Origin: Bilabrum cf. latius
Lineage: Eukaryota
NCBI GenBank assembly: GCA_965178125.1
Contig: OZ237763.1
Location: 1 to 64,000 of the forward strand
Reading direction: 5' to 3'
DNA: 64,000 bases
Below are positions 12,335-26,100 of this stretch, piece by piece. How positions within the stretch are numbered: position 1 is the first letter of the stretch; every line of letters begins with the position of its first letter. The position numbers and the translations under genes are program-made. The notes below the pieces were generated by a model. It was given only the letters and a program-made list of their open reading frames with translations. It made no database searches and was not told the DNA's origin.

Positions 12335-15196
12335 ATGAACCTGGAGGCAGTGTTTTTCCGGGTACACTAGCAAGCTGCAAAGCTCGCGCAGGCTATTTTG
12401 CCTCACGGGTTTCGCGGGTTGGCCAAGCTAGTTTGCGTAGCATACATCGTTCTTGTTGTAATAGCGCTGGCTTTGGTGCACCTTACGTATGTAGGATCGG
12501 GACCAGGAACAGAATGCATCGCTGCTGCGATCGACCGCACCTCGCAAGCCGACGGTGGGATAAACAGCAAGCAGTCGTTGTTAATCTTCGAGCTGGCACT
12601 GGTGCCCAAGCAAGCTTATGACAACTCGGACCTAATTTTGTCTGGAACAGGTGGTTCTGACACTGGAAGCTCTATTTCTGTAGGAGCAGCTCAAGTTAAT
12701 ACGAACCTGCCGACGGGTGAACCGCCTCGCAGAGCCATTTACTCGCCCGTTCGATCCAGGGTGCGGCGTTGGACTGCCCTGCTGCAAGCATGGTTAGGAT
12801 ATGCTCACATCAATGATGCTAGCACGGACGCACTCGAACCGCCTGCCGAGCGCGACGGGAACTCCCCTCGCGACGATCTCTCGGGGTCGCTTGGCTCGTC
12901 TGGTGGCGCCAGTGTTGCCTCGCTGGCGGCTGCGCTGACGGGGCAGTACCACCCGCCCCCCTCCAGAAGGACATCCAGGCAGCACGGCAGGGCGCAGTTC
13001 CTGTACGCCCAGGACGCGGGCTGGCTGTCCATGGCCCCTGCCACGGTGCTCGCCGCCGGCGGCCGCGTCAGGGTGTTGCGTCTGAGGGCAAGCGGGGCTG
13101 GGGGTGGCGATGACTTTGAAACCAGAGGCGGGCTGAGCCTGGATCACGGATGGCAGGACACCAAGTGCCTGGGCAGCCCCGTGGTGCGGCACATGGCGGC
13201 GGCGCTCGGGCAGACGGACGTAGCGGCGCTGAACGGGCTGGTAGAAGCGTTCCGTGGGAGTGGGTTTGCCAGGCATATCTCGGACCAGGAGGCGGCGTTC
13301 TGGGCGGCGCAGGAGGGAAAACGCGGTAATGAAAGTGCCGTTGGGATGGTATCAGGCGGTGGCAGGGCCTCTTTTGTTCCCCAGGAGCAGGAGCAGGAAC
13401 AGGAGCCCCCTGTTGTGGGCAGCTCCAAGGTGTGGAGACTGTCACTGGCCAGGGATGTGGCCACGTTCCGGCGGGACTTCGAGAGCTGGGTCATGTTCAA
13501 GCTGGGCACTCTGTGCGCCGCCGTGTTCCTGCTCTTCTCGTCCTCCTCCATCGTGAGCTTTGTGCTGGGAGAGACGCAGCGACGCATGCTGCGGTTCGCC
13601 GTGATGCTGCGGGAGCTGATCGAGGAGCGCAGGCCCGTGGTCTGGGCGGTGCTCTCGCACGCGGCAGGCTCGTTGGTCTTTGTGCCTGTGATTCTCGGCG
13701 TGCTGTTCTTCCTGTTCGAGTTCTTCGGGGACCAGCTGCTGGCTCTGCTCGCACTTCTGGCAGTGTGGGCCTGCGAGATATATGCCGCCGTGGCCTGTCG
13801 CACTGCTGCATCACTGCAGGTCTTCCCCTTTGTGTTCGCGGTGACCTTCACATGGTTCTTTATATACCAGTTCTCGTACCCGTTTGGGGCGCACTACCTT
13901 GCCCTATGGGGGGCTGTGGCGGGCACCTCGTGCACGGCTGCGCACCTGTACCTTGACTACGAGATCCCTGCCCTGCTGGCCGGGTGGATCCACGCGGGGA
14001 ACATGAGGGACACTGCCGCGGGGGGGCCCTGGGAGGGGATCCGCACGCTCCTGCTGGGGGCCAGGGATAGGCACGTGCGGGCGGGGGAGGCGCTGCGCAG
14101 GGCCAGGGAGGACCTGGAGCGGATCCGGGCGAGGCGGAGGGCGCTCGGGCGGGGCCGTGGGCGCCGCGCGGGGAGATCGAGGGAGCGCGAGGAGGCTGGT
14201 TGGGATGGAACGTAGGCTGGCAACGAGGGCAGGCAGAGGCGGCAGCGGGGCAGGCAGCGCGCAAGCACTGGCGATGCGGCGCTGTTGAGCGGGGCTGGGG
14301 CGGATGGGCGGCGGCACGGCTTGCTGGACGAGCTGTATGCAGATGATCCGGGAGAAGAGGGTCACGGTGAGGTAGTTGAGAAGGAGCGAAGGCGAGGGTC
14401 AGCGAGCAAGCGATAGCGCACAGTCGGTGGCGGGGGTGGACGAGGCCGGCAAGCGACAGGCAAAGAGAGGGGGGAGGTGAAGGCGAGCAGCTCGACTCGC
14501 ACTGGGCGAGCGAGTCAAGCGGTGGATGGCTCGGTGCATGGGGACGGTTCCGTGCTATCATCGGTTGGTGCAGTCGTGGCCGGCTCAGGGTCTCTGGAAG
14601 ACACTTCGCCCGTTGGCCGTGGGCCCAGGCTATCTGCTTCCTAGGCAGCGGCGCAAGGCTCCCCACACAGAGGCACTGCTGCGAAGCTGCACGCCGCCGG
14701 GCGATCGCCCGCATCTCCAGAGGGCACCGGTGGCGGCTCACTGCCCCAGGGGGCGGGGGCGGGGGCGGGGGCCGAGGATGAGGGTGGGTCGCAGGCAGCG
14801 GTGGCATCCGTGACGAGCACTGGCCTCGGGTCCGACGCGACCCGGGGCGTGGACTCGAGGGCTTGCACCCCGTAGATGCAGGGCCTCAGGAGGCGGCGGA
14901 TCAGCAACGTGTCGGGGCTGGGCAGCGCTGCCGGGTCGCTGACAGGGGAGCTGGGCAGAGGCGGGCTCGGTGGCGCCGGGGAGGTAGGACTGGTGCGGGA
15001 CGTGCTTGAGTCAGGGTCGGGGTCGGGGCAAGGCGGTCGCGTTGCGCATGTCGGCCAGCACGAGGGGGAGGTTCACGCAGTCCGCAGGCCACCGGGGTTC
15101 AGGGTGAGCTTTGATGGAGACTCGGCACTGGATCGACTGGGCCAGGAACAGGGGTTTCCTGCAGGAGCACCGTCTAGCGAAGGCCGGACCACTTGA
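12335..15196 (+). CDS. TMEM259: Membralin (TMEM259)-like ER membrane protein (5 in-frame TAG)
   Basis: MNLEAVFFRVH*...LVHLTYV N-terminus and SFVLGETQRRMLRF...SLVFVPVILGVLFFLFEFFGDQLLA...FSYPFG match the membralin family. The frame continues through TAGs to TGA at 15196. Confidence 0.82.
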
Positions 15197-15277
15197 GCAT
15201 CGCATCCGGAATATGATCTATAGATCTACACAAAATTCTCACAGCAACTGAATGGGCAATCTGTCAGTAGAATCAGT

Positions 15278-16858
15278 TCATGCACGGGGCGCTTTGTACT
15301 GTGCCACATCATCGAACGGCACCGTCACCACTGTCCTATCCTCCTCCATCTGCACAGTCGCGCATTGAGTCCGCTTGTCCCGCTGCAGCAGCACCCCTAG
15401 CTCCCCCCGCTACTCCCCTCGCAGCATCATCACCTGCCTGTTCCCCGCTCCACCGCTGCTTGCCTTGGGCAGCACGGTACACATCTACTCCTCCCGCAGC
15501 TGCACCGCAGTGCCCGCGCTCCCTTCCCCGCCCAGCTCCACGCGAACAGTGGCCATCCCCGGCGCAGGCAGGTCTTCCACCCACCCCTTGCAGTGCAGTG
15601 CATCCCTGCCTCGCACAACCACTCCTCGGGCCATGACCCGCACCCTTATTCCAGGCCAGGCCCAGCCACCCTTCCTCTTGCTCTCACTCCTGGGAGCGGT
15701 GGACGGGCCCGTCCTCCGCGCCTTCTTGGAATCGGGCTGGGGCACCTGTACAGCTGTGGGCTCGCTGGACGCCTGCCCTCCTGCCTCCGGCCTGCGTCGC
15801 TTGCTACCGGCCCTTGCATCCTTCCCGTGGGAGCTGGCAGCACTCCCGGCCGACTTGGCTCTGCCTGACTGCGCGTGCCCCTGTCCCTCATTTGCATGCA
15901 CCGCAGCCCCCTGCACCCTTAGGCTGGCACCAAGCCCGGGGTGCAGCACCACACGCTTTTCGCCCCGGTGGCGCCAGCGCATGCCAGCTGGCACAGATCG
16001 GACCTCATCGTCCTTACCATCGCCCCCCCCACCGGCCTCCTCCTGCTCCTGCGCAGCCACCTGCATGGCCGCCGCAGCCACAGCCTCGGACTTGCTGCCG
16101 GCTGAGCCCTTCGCTTTCGGACCCCCACTGGATGCGACGCTGCGGAATCTGGATTTCGCGCCATCGGTGGCCAATTTTATGAGGTCTTGCAGCTGCTTGG
16201 AGGAGGGCTCCTCGCCACGGACCTGCTTTTCGGACGCACCCATTCCGCGAAGCATTGCATCCCCGAAATCTTCAACGGCAATACCAGTCTTGCCTCCAAC
16301 CGCTTCACTTTCTGCAGCAAGTACCCGAGACATTAACGATGATCCAACCATTCTCTTCACCTCGTCGCTTCGATGCTGTGCAAGTGACTTTGCTGGGTTG
16401 TCGGCCTCTGGCAATGCGGCCAGCTCTTCTGCCAGAGTGGGGTTGAGGCTTCCAGAGGAAGTTGACACGCGAGCTTGTCGGGCGCGGAGAAGCAAAGGCC
16501 CTTCTTGCTTCGTTTTAGCGCGAGATCCGTCCTTGGCTCCGAGCATGTGGCCACTTTTTCGGAATAGTCTACTTCTCAGGTCGCTAGCTGTCCCTCGAGC
16601 AGAGACAGAGGCTTCTATTGCTGGTTTGATCGCACCAGGCAGGGTAGGCGGTATAATCATTGGAATTGTAAGCTTCTCTGGCTTGGGTCCCTCTTGTGTT
16701 TTGGGAGCATGCCCAATGGACCTCGAAGCAAATGCCGCTAGGCCAGCATCTTCCCTCGCATCTGTGCTTACAAACTATAGAGCAGACGTGGCCGATTCCA
16801 ATGATTTAGGTACTGATATTGCCGGTCGTTTTGAGGCCTTGAAACGTACAGCGGACAT
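15278..16858 (-). CDS. GPKOW: G-patch and KOW domain splicing factor (Spp2/MOS2/GPKOW family; 3 in-frame TAG)
   Basis: IAVEDFGDAMLRGMG (Spp2/MOS2 G-patch) and WAWPGIRVRV. After the TAG at 15485 comes the C-terminal KOW MCTVLPK...VMMLRGE*RGELGVLLQRDK...VPFDDVAQY; TGA at 15278. Confidence 0.8.
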
Positions 16859-17125
16859 TGAAGGCTGTGAACACCCGATCGTCCCGCTCGTCTAGTTCGG
16901 TTGCGTGTACTTTTGGACGTGTCGAGGGTTTGCGTCAAGACTTATATCTACCTTTGCATAGGATTTGTGCGTTAAACAGGCCACCAGCTGGCAGACTTGT
17001 CTATTTTGTAGCCTTTTTGCTGGCGACAACTGGTTAGTTGCTGAGCAAGCACTGCTTTCAGCGCTGGACACAGTGGCCCGTTGCACCCAAAACAGCAGTC
17101 AAAGACTCAATCGATCTTGGAGGAA

Positions 17126-20100
17126 ATGGCAGGCCGTGAGATAAATTCGAACCATGCTTTCATAATTGTTAATGGATTTAATCTCGACTGCCTTTGATTG
17201 CGGTTCTATTCAAGTTTTATTTGCGCAGCGCCGCCGCCACCAGGAGGTGGACCACGGCCAAGAGTGCCATCTCTTGCACTCAAGCCAGGGCATTCTGCCC
17301 CTGCTGGTGTCCCAGCTAGACCCGGAAGGGCAATGATGACAATGAAGGAGTTGCGAGCAGCAATGATGAAGGAGGGAGTTGATGTGCCGGCCAAGTCGCC
17401 GAGGAGCACGGGGTCCCGCTCACCGAGAGGCGCAAGCTCACGGTCACCGCCAGGGTCAAGGCCGCCACCACCGCCTGGTGCAGGGAGACCGCCTCGATAG
17501 GGTAGTGCCGGCCCGCCGAGGCCCGGCCGCCGCTCCTCGGGCTCAGCTGGTGGCCCCAAGCGGCTTCCACCTGGAGCCCCACCGCCACCAGGCCAGTCGC
17601 AGCAGAGAGCACCAGGACCTCCGGGCCCTCCACAGCCCGTCAGAGTATCTGGGAGCAGACCGGGCCCACCTGGAAGCAGACCAGGTCCACCTGGAAGCAG
17701 GGTACCACCCCCGGGTGCCCCCACCCGGGGGTCAGGGGAACCCCCCCGGGGGTCAGGTGCACCCCCTAGGCTCATACCCCCGGGCCCTCCCCGCGGCCCC
17801 CCCAGCCCTGGCGCCTCGCGCAGCTCTCCGCCACCCCCCGCCGGTTCAGGACGCCCAGGAAACAGGGCAGCCTCCCCGTCACTCCCCCCACCTAGCGCTC
17901 CAGGGTCGCCACGGCCCCCGCCGCCTGCTCCAGCTGCCGTCAGTGCCGCCAACCGACCAGCGGCACCCGGCGCACCTGGCAGCGAAGACGGGTCTGCTGC
18001 CGGATAGGTTGGCTCTGGCAGCCCGCGAGGTGCTTCGGATCCGCCACCAGGCCTGAAAGCCCCGCCGGGACGTCCCATGGTCGATAGTACGGGTACTGGG
18101 AAGCTACCGCCAGGCGCGCCTCCCCCGCCACCGGGCCAGGACGGACAGTCTCCAGGATTGTCCCCAAGATCGTCGCCGAAGCAGGCAGCCGAAGCCATGA
18201 AGCGGGCATCGCCATCGCCACCGCCGTCGCCGAAGCAGGCAGCCGAAGCCATGAAGCGGGCATCGCCACCGCCGTCGCCGAAGTAGGCAGCCGAAGCCAT
18301 GAAGCGGGCATCGCCACCGCCGTCGCCGAAGTAGGCAGCCGAAGCTAGCCGTGGCTCAGACTCTGGTGCTCCACGGCCCCAGGGAACTGGAACGAAGACG
18401 CCGCCGTCGCCCCATCCGATCCCACCGGGAGGCGAGCCTCGAGCTGCAGTCACATCAAGTGTCCCCCCCAGCCCTGGCTCTCGCCCTGGCCCATTCGGAC
18501 GTGTAGAAGGTACCGAGGCAGACTCTGGTGCTCCACGACCCCAGGGAACTGGAACGAAGACGCCGCCGTCGCCCCATCCGATCCCACCGGCAGGCGAGCC
18601 TCGAGCTGCAGTCACATCAAGTGTCCCCCCCAGCCCTGGCTCTCGCCCTGGCCCATTCGGACGTGTAGAAGGTACCGAGGCAGACTCTGGTGCTCCACGG
18701 CCCCAGGGAACTGGAACGAAGACGCCGCCGTCGCCCCATCCGATCCCACCGGGAGGCGAGCCTCGAGCTGCAGTCACATCAAGTGTCCCCCCCAGCCCTG
18801 GCTCTCGCCCTGGCCCATTCGGACGTGTAGAAGGTACCGAGGCAGACTCTGGTGCTCCACGACCCCAGGGAACTGGAACGAAGACGCCGCCGTCGCCCCA
18901 TCCGATCCCACCGGCAGGCGAGCCTCGAGCTGCAGTCACATCAAGTGTCCCCCCCAGCCCTGGCGCTCGTCCTGGCCCTGGCGCTCGTCCTGGCCCTGGC
19001 GCTCGTCCTGGTCCTGGCGCTCATCCTGGCCCTGGCGCTCGTCCTGGCCCTGGCGCTCGTCCTGGCCCTGGCGCTCGTCCTGGCCCTGGCGCTCGTCCTG
19101 GTCCTGGCGCTCGTCCTGGCCCTGGCGCTCGTCCTGGTCCTGGCGCTCGTCCTGGTCCTGGCGCTCGTCCTGGCCCTGGCGCTCGTCCTGGCCCTGGCGC
19201 TCGTCCTGGCCCTGGCGCTAGCCCATTCGGAGGTGGTGGAGGCGGCGGACTGTTTGATCCTCGCGAGCTGCAGGCGGCACTGAAGAAAACGAAGAAGAAA
19301 GGGAAGAAGAAGAAGGGCAAGAAGAAGGCCGACAATGGGAATTCAAAGACTCCTGTATCGAAGGTGGATGAGGAGCCCGCTGCGTCGAAGGTGGATGAGT
19401 AGCCCGCTGCGTCGAAGGTGGATGAGGAGCCCGCTGCGTCGAATGTGGATGAGGAGCCCGCTGCGTCGAAGGTGGATGAGGAGCCCGCTGCGTCGAAGGC
19501 GGATGAGGAGCCCGCTGCGTCGAAGGCGGATGTGGAGCCCGCTGCGTCGAATGTGGATGAGGAGCCCGCTGCGTCGAAGGTGGATGAGGAGCCCGCTGCG
19601 TCGAAGGCGGATGAGGAGCCCGCTGCGTCGAATGTGGATGAGGAGCCCGCTGCGTCGAATGTGGATGAGGAGCCCGCTGCGTCGAAGGTGGATGAGGAGC
19701 CCGCTGCGTCGAAGGTGGATGAGGAGCCCGCTGCGTCGAAGGCGGATGAGGAGCCTGCTGCGTCGAAGGCGGATGAGGAGCCCGCTGCGTCGAAGGCGGA
19801 TGAGGAGCCTGCTGCGTCGAAGGCGGATGAGGAGCCTGCTGCGTCGAAGGTGGATGAGGAGCCCGCTGCGTCGAAGGTGGATGAGGAGCCCGCTGCGTCG
19901 AATGTGGATGAGGAGCCCGCTGCGTCGAAGGTGGATGAGGAGCCCGCTGCGTCGAAGGCGGATGAGGAGCCCGCTGCGTCGAAGGCGGATGAGGAGCCCG
20001 CTGCGTCGAAGGCGGATGAGGAGCCCGCTGCGTCGAAGGCGGATGAGGAGCCTGCTGCGTCGAAGGTGGATGAGGAGCCCGCTGCGTCGAAGGTGGATGA

Positions 20101-23100
20101 GGAGCCCGCTGCGTCGAAGGTGGATGAGGAGCCCGCTGCGTCGAAGGTGGATGAGGAGCCCGCTGCGTCGAATGTGGATGAGGAGCCCGCTGCGTCGAAG
20201 GTGGATGAGGAGCCCGCTGCGTCGAAGGCGGATGAGGAGCCTGCTGCGTCGAAGGCGGATGAGGAGCCCGCTGCGTCGAATGTGGATGAGGAGCCCGCTG
20301 CGTCGAAGGTGGATGAGGAGCCTGCTGCGTCGAAGGTGGATGAGGAGCCCGCTGCGTCGAAGGTGGATGAGGAGCCCGCTGCGTCGAAGGTGGATGAGGA
20401 GCCTGCTGCGTCGAATGTGGATGAGGAGCCTGCTGCGTCGAAGGTGGATGAGGAGCCTGCTGCGTCGAATGTGGATGAGGAGCCCGCTGCGTCGAAGGTG
20501 GATGAGGAGCCCGCTGCGTCGAAGGTGGATGAGGAGCCCGCTGCGTCGAAGGTGGATGAGGAGCCCGCTGCGTCGAAGGTGGATGAGGAGCCCGCTGCGT
20601 CGAAGGTGGATGAGGAGCCCGCTGCGTCGAAGGTGGATGAGGAGCCCGCTGCGTCGAAGGTGGATGAGGAGCCCGCTGCGTCGAATGTGGATGAGGAGCC
20701 CGCTGCGTCGAATGTGGATGAGGAGCCCGCTGCGTCGAAGGCGGATGAGGAGCCCGCTGCGTCGAAGGCGGATGAGGAGCCCGCTGCGTCGAAGGCGGAT
20801 GAGGAGCCCGCTGCGTCGAAGGTGCATTAGCGGGATACCGTTGCAACCCAAGCTGACTATCCCGCTGGTTCACCACGTAAGGATGAGGGCACGACTAACA
20901 GCGCACATGACAAGCAATTCAAGGCTGAAGAAGAGGCGAGGCAACGCATGGCGGCCCAGGTTGCAGAGAGGGCCATGGGCTCATTGCCAGCCGGCCGAGG
21001 CCGTAGTGACCCCGCTGCACCTGCCAAAGGTTAGAGCGACGGCAGTGACCAGCGTCACTAGTCGGCAGCTGTCTCGGTGGGCGGCTCGCCCGCCAGCTCC
21101 GGACACACTGCCTCTCAGACCGCGGGGCTCGTGCTGGTGGACGCATTAGCCCGCGGAGATACGAGCGGGCTAGACAAGCGCACCAAGCACCTGCTGCAGA
21201 TCATCGCAAAAGACTCGTAGCTCATGCGCAAGCTAGCTCGCGCCGTCAAGCAGCGCAAGCAGGAGATCAAGGCAGAGGAAGACGGCATTCCAGCTCCCAT
21301 CCAGGCGCTCATGCGTGGGTCGGGGTCTGGCAGCTCTCAGTCGGGACGGTTCACTGCACCGGCCGTAGGAGTCTCGGTGGACCAGCAGTTGAGGTCCAGC
21401 CCCGGTGCGTCGCGCAGCTTCCCAGCACCCGTGGACTTGTCCAAGGTGGTGATGCCTCCTGACCTGCAGGCCAAGATGGCTCGGCTGCTGGAGGCCCAGC
21501 AGCAGTGCGAGGCGGGAGACCCTCCGCTGAGACTGCCCGTGCTGACGGCAGACGACCTTGTTCGCCTGACTGCAGACCAGCTGCAGCTGTACAAGGCCGC
21601 GCTCACCAGGGTAGTCGCCGCCAAGAAAGTCGCCGTGGCCCGCAGGAAGGAGCAGGAGGCCCGCTCCCCTAAGCAAGTGAGCCCCAAGGTGGACACTGGG
21701 TACGCGGCCAGGAAGTCCCCGTCCCATGCGTCTCCACGAGCATCACCGTCGGCTGGCAGCGGGAATGGCAAAAGGCTGTCGCCTCGCAGTGGAGGCAATG
21801 CCCACTTCTCGAATGCCTCGCGATCGCCCCGAGGGTCCGGTGGCGGGCGGGCGAGATCCAGAAGGGCCAGAGGGTCCGTGGGAGCTGGATCTGCTCGCAG
21901 CAGCAGGCGCGGCGAGCGTACGGTGGACGCAGGACAGTATGCTACGGCAGATGCTCTGTCCGCCCGGGCCAGCGCACGGGCCAAGTCTAGGACCAGGTCG
22001 AGTCCAAGAGGCAAATCACTGGGGCGGTCACGGGGGAAATCGTCGGGCCGCTCACGGGGCCCAGCCTCCGGCAGCAGCGGCAGCTCTGGCAGCAAGAGCA
22101 TCAGTAAAATGGCAAGGCAGGGCGTGGACGCCGAGACGGGCGCCCTCGTGCTCAGGCAGCCCAACAAAGTCACGGCGGACTCTGTGACGATGCGTTCTGG
22201 CCGCGGAGACCCGACCTAGATCGCCTTCGAGACGGGTCTCAGAGGCAGGGCGGGAGGACTGGTGCCCTCACGGGAAGCTGGCTCAGCACGACCCACAAGC
22301 CTCCGTAGGCGGGCAAGCTCCAAGGGCGCCAAGTCCACAGGCAGTCCCAGGGGCACGCCTGTGACTCGATCAGGACGCAGCCGCAGCGGCAGGCAAGGCG
22401 CTCGCTCCAGGTCCGGGGGCGCCCGATCTGCCCTCCAAGCGGGCGCTGCAGACCGTCTGTCCCGTCCTAGGACAGGCTCACCGCGCACTGCCTCTTCAGC
22501 GGGAGCCCAGGCCTCGATCCGTCAGGCAGCCCGACTAGAGGAGGAGGCCAGGGCCCGAGAGAGGACCAGTCGGGTGCGAGCCAAGAGCAAGGGGCGGGGG
22601 CGGGGGCAAAGCAATGGCGGGCAAGGTCCACTTGAGTCACCCCTGGTGCAGTCTCAGTCCCAGGCCCGCGAGCTGGCCCTCATCCGCATGAGGAACACCC
22701 CCATAGTGGACGGACTAGGCCCCGACGGGCAGCCCATCCCCGACCTGCAGGCCAACACCGCCCCCGCGCTGCCAGACGAAGTCCCCCAGGTGGGTGCACT
22801 GGCCAGAGAGCCATTGACTGGCCCCTCCATGACCTATGCGGCGCCTGCCTTGGACGGCGTGGAGGGTCCGCCTAGGCCGCAGTCCCTCGGGAACACGGAC
22901 GCGCCCGCGACTGCCAGCGTGGCTGCCTCGGCTGCCAGCCTGACGCTCTCGAGCCGCAGTGGCACCCGCTCGCTGGGCCGCAGGCACACTCCCAACTCGG
23001 ATCGGTTGCTGGCCGAGCTGGCAGCCATGGACGCGCAGGTGGAGGCAGAGACAGCTGCGGCGCAGTCCGAGTCCATCGACTCCGGGTCCATCGTGATCAC

Positions 23101-26100
23101 CATACCCACTGCGGCACAGCTGGACGAGATGGCTTTGGAGGAGGGCGCGCTTGGAGAGGCACCAGACAAGGTCAAGACCAAGCCAGCAGAGGGACCTGAT
23201 CAGGTATCTGACGGACCTGGTGATGCCAGTCCTGTCGAAGTGACCGATGGTACTGCTAAGCAGAACGACACGGCGGCAAAGGGTGGCACAGCAGCAAAGG
23301 AGGACACTGCTGGAAAGGATGACATAGCAACGAAGGAGAGTAGCGAAGGTCCCACTGGCAACGCCTAGACACCCCCTAGTGAAGGCAAGGGTAAATCATC
23401 AACTGCCGGTGGGGAGCAAGAGCAAGAACAGCACAGCGGCGCACCGGACCCCCGGCTGCCGGGCGCAGCCAGCAAGCCAGCACTGCGCCCGGCACCCCAA
23501 GGCACCAACACCCTGAAGGACCAGGACAAGTCGCCATCTCCGTTGTAGGAGGGAGGAACAGCTGAACCCAAAGAGAGCGACGAGACTGAGCGACCGGACG
23601 CCTCCAGTGCCGATGGCCCGTCCCGGCCTGGCCCTGGCGCTCGTCCTGGCCCTGGCGCTCGTCCTGGCCCTGGCGCTCGTCCTGGTCCTGGCGCTCGTCC
23701 TGGCCCTGGCGCTCGTCCTGGCCCTGGCGCTCGTCCTGGCCCTGGCGCTCGTCCTGGCCCTGGCGCTCGTCCTGGCCCTGGCGCTCGTCCTGGCCCTGGC
23801 TCTCGTCCTGGCCCTGGCGCTCGTCCTGGCCCTGGCTCTCGTCCTGGCCCTGGCGCTCATCCTGGCCCTGGCGCTCGTCCTGGTCCTGGCGCTCGTCCTG
23901 GCCCTGGCGCTCGTCCTGGCCCTGGCGCTCGTCCTGGCCCTGGCGCTCGTCCTGGCCCTGGCGCTCGTCCTGGCCCTGGCGCTCATCCTGGCCCTGGCGC
24001 TCGTCCTGGCCCTGGCTCTCGTCCAGGCCCATTCGGACGTGTTGGAGGTACCGACGCAGGCTCTGATGCTCCACGGCCCCAGGGAACTGGAACAAAGACG
24101 CCGCCGTCGCCCCATCCGATCCCACCGGCAGGCGAGCCTCGAGCTGCAGTCACATCAAGTGTCCCCCCCAGCCCTGGCGCTCGTCCTGGCCCTGGCGCTC
24201 GTCCTGGCCCTGGCGCTCGTCCTGGCCCTGGCGCTCGTCCTGGCCCTGGCGCTCGTCCTGGCCCTGGCGCTCGTCCTGGCCCTGGCGCTCGTCCTGGCCC
24301 TGGCGCTCGTCCTGGCCCTGGCGCTCGTCCTGGCCCTGGCGCTCGTCCTGGCCCTGGCGCTCGTCCTGGCCCTGGCGCTCGTCCTGGCCCTGGCGCTCGT
24401 CCTGGCCCTGGCGCTCGTCCTGGCCCTGGCGCTCGTCCTGGCCCTGGCGCTCGTCCTGGCCCTGGCGCTCGTCCTGGCCCTGGCGCTCGTCCTGGCCCTG
24501 GCGCTCGTCCTGGCCCTGGCGCTCGTCCTGGCCCTGGCGCTCGCCCTGGCCCTGGCGCTCGTCCTGGCCCTGGCGCTCGTCCTGGCCCTGGCGCTCATCC
24601 TGGCCCTGGCGCTCGTCCTGGCCCTGGCGCTAGTCCATTCGGAGGTGGTGGCGGCGGCGGACTGTTTGATCCTCGCGAGCTGCAGGCGGCACTGAAGAAA
24701 ACGAAGAAGAAAGGGAAGAAGAAGAAGGGCAAGAAGAAGGCCGACAATGGGAATTCAAAGACTGGTGCTAACGAAAAGCAACAGGAAGGCTAGCCGTCCT
24801 AGTCCTAGTCTGTGCCAGTTCCAGATACAGCATTATCTGCGCTCGAGCCCCAGCCGGCTGTTTCCGAGAGTTCGGCAATCTTCGTGCAAGCGCAGCATCC
24901 GGACAACAAGGATGTTAATACCAGCACCAAACAGGGACATGGTGGCGCGCTCGTCCTGGAGGCGAAGAAAGAAGCTGAAGGCACTACTCCCGAAGAGAGC
25001 GCCAACGTGGTGCCTCTGCTGTCCCCACCTAGAGCGGGGCGCGCTGCTCCCATCCTTCTTGGTGCCGTGGTTGGCGGTGGCGGGGACGATGACAGTCAGG
25101 GCCAAGAGCCGGCTCAAGCCTCATCTCGAGCGCCAGGGTCCAATGCCGACGGCGGGCAAGAGGACGGTAACGACAGCGACTCCAGCTCAGCCGATGAGAT
25201 GGATGGTACTGGCACTGGTGGAAGGGCAGGCGGGCAGCCACACAGGGATAGCGGTAGCGACTCCTCCAGCTTGCAATCGGGAGGAAGCAGGAACAGGAGC
25301 AGGGGTTCGCGATCCAGGTCTAGGTCTGGGTCCAGGTCTGGGTCCTCGTACACGGGCTCGTATGACAGCCGCTCGAGCAGTCAGTCAAGGTCCCGATCTG
25401 GCTCTGGATCCTACAGCGACTCGGGCAGCAGCGACGGGTCGTTCGACTCGCGCGAGGACAGCCAAGATACGGGCGAGTCCATGCCAAAGCTGAACTCGGT
25501 CCAGATATTCGTTACACCGCACGGACCGCTCCCGTTCATGCGCGCCCCACAAGGCTGGATCCCGCTGCCTCCACCGACCCAGGCTGCCGCCGCGACAGCC
25601 GGTACCCCGCATACCACAGTTCCCCCCGTGCCGGGCAGTATTGCGATGTCACAGCCCATTGCAGGGGCAGAGATCGATCTGGGAGGATCTGTCGCATCTG
25701 TTGCTTATGTACCGGGCCAGAGCGCACACCCTGCACCCGGGACCCTGGGTAGCACAGTCCCCCCGGGTGCCAGGTGGCTGCAGCCCAGACAGGCCCCTCC
25801 AGTGCTAGCCGCATCTGCTGGCAGTCTGGGCTCCAGGGAAGTTCCCATGCTCAGCCCAGGTGCCCGCACCCTTCCCACCTCTGGAGGGCGAGCAGAAGCA
25901 GCTGCCTCGAATGGGACTGCTGGTAAGGCTGATAAGAAAGCGGCCCATCTGTCCAAGACGGGCGCCAGGTCGCTTCAGCGAGTGGGCGCTCCAGGTGGGA
26001 ACGGCAAGGCAGCAGCAGGCAGCTCCAGCAGCACCGCTTCTCCTGGTCGCTCTCCCCTAAAGCCGCTGCTGCCAGTGGGCGCCCCGGGTGACGAGGATGA

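Noticed and set aside
19218-21149. Long alternative-frame and antisense ORFs over the repeats (RRWMRSPL, STQRAPHP, LALALV, CSCSW)
   Set aside because: They are shadows of tandem repeats with periods divisible by 3. Only one frame continues through the non-repetitive flanks.
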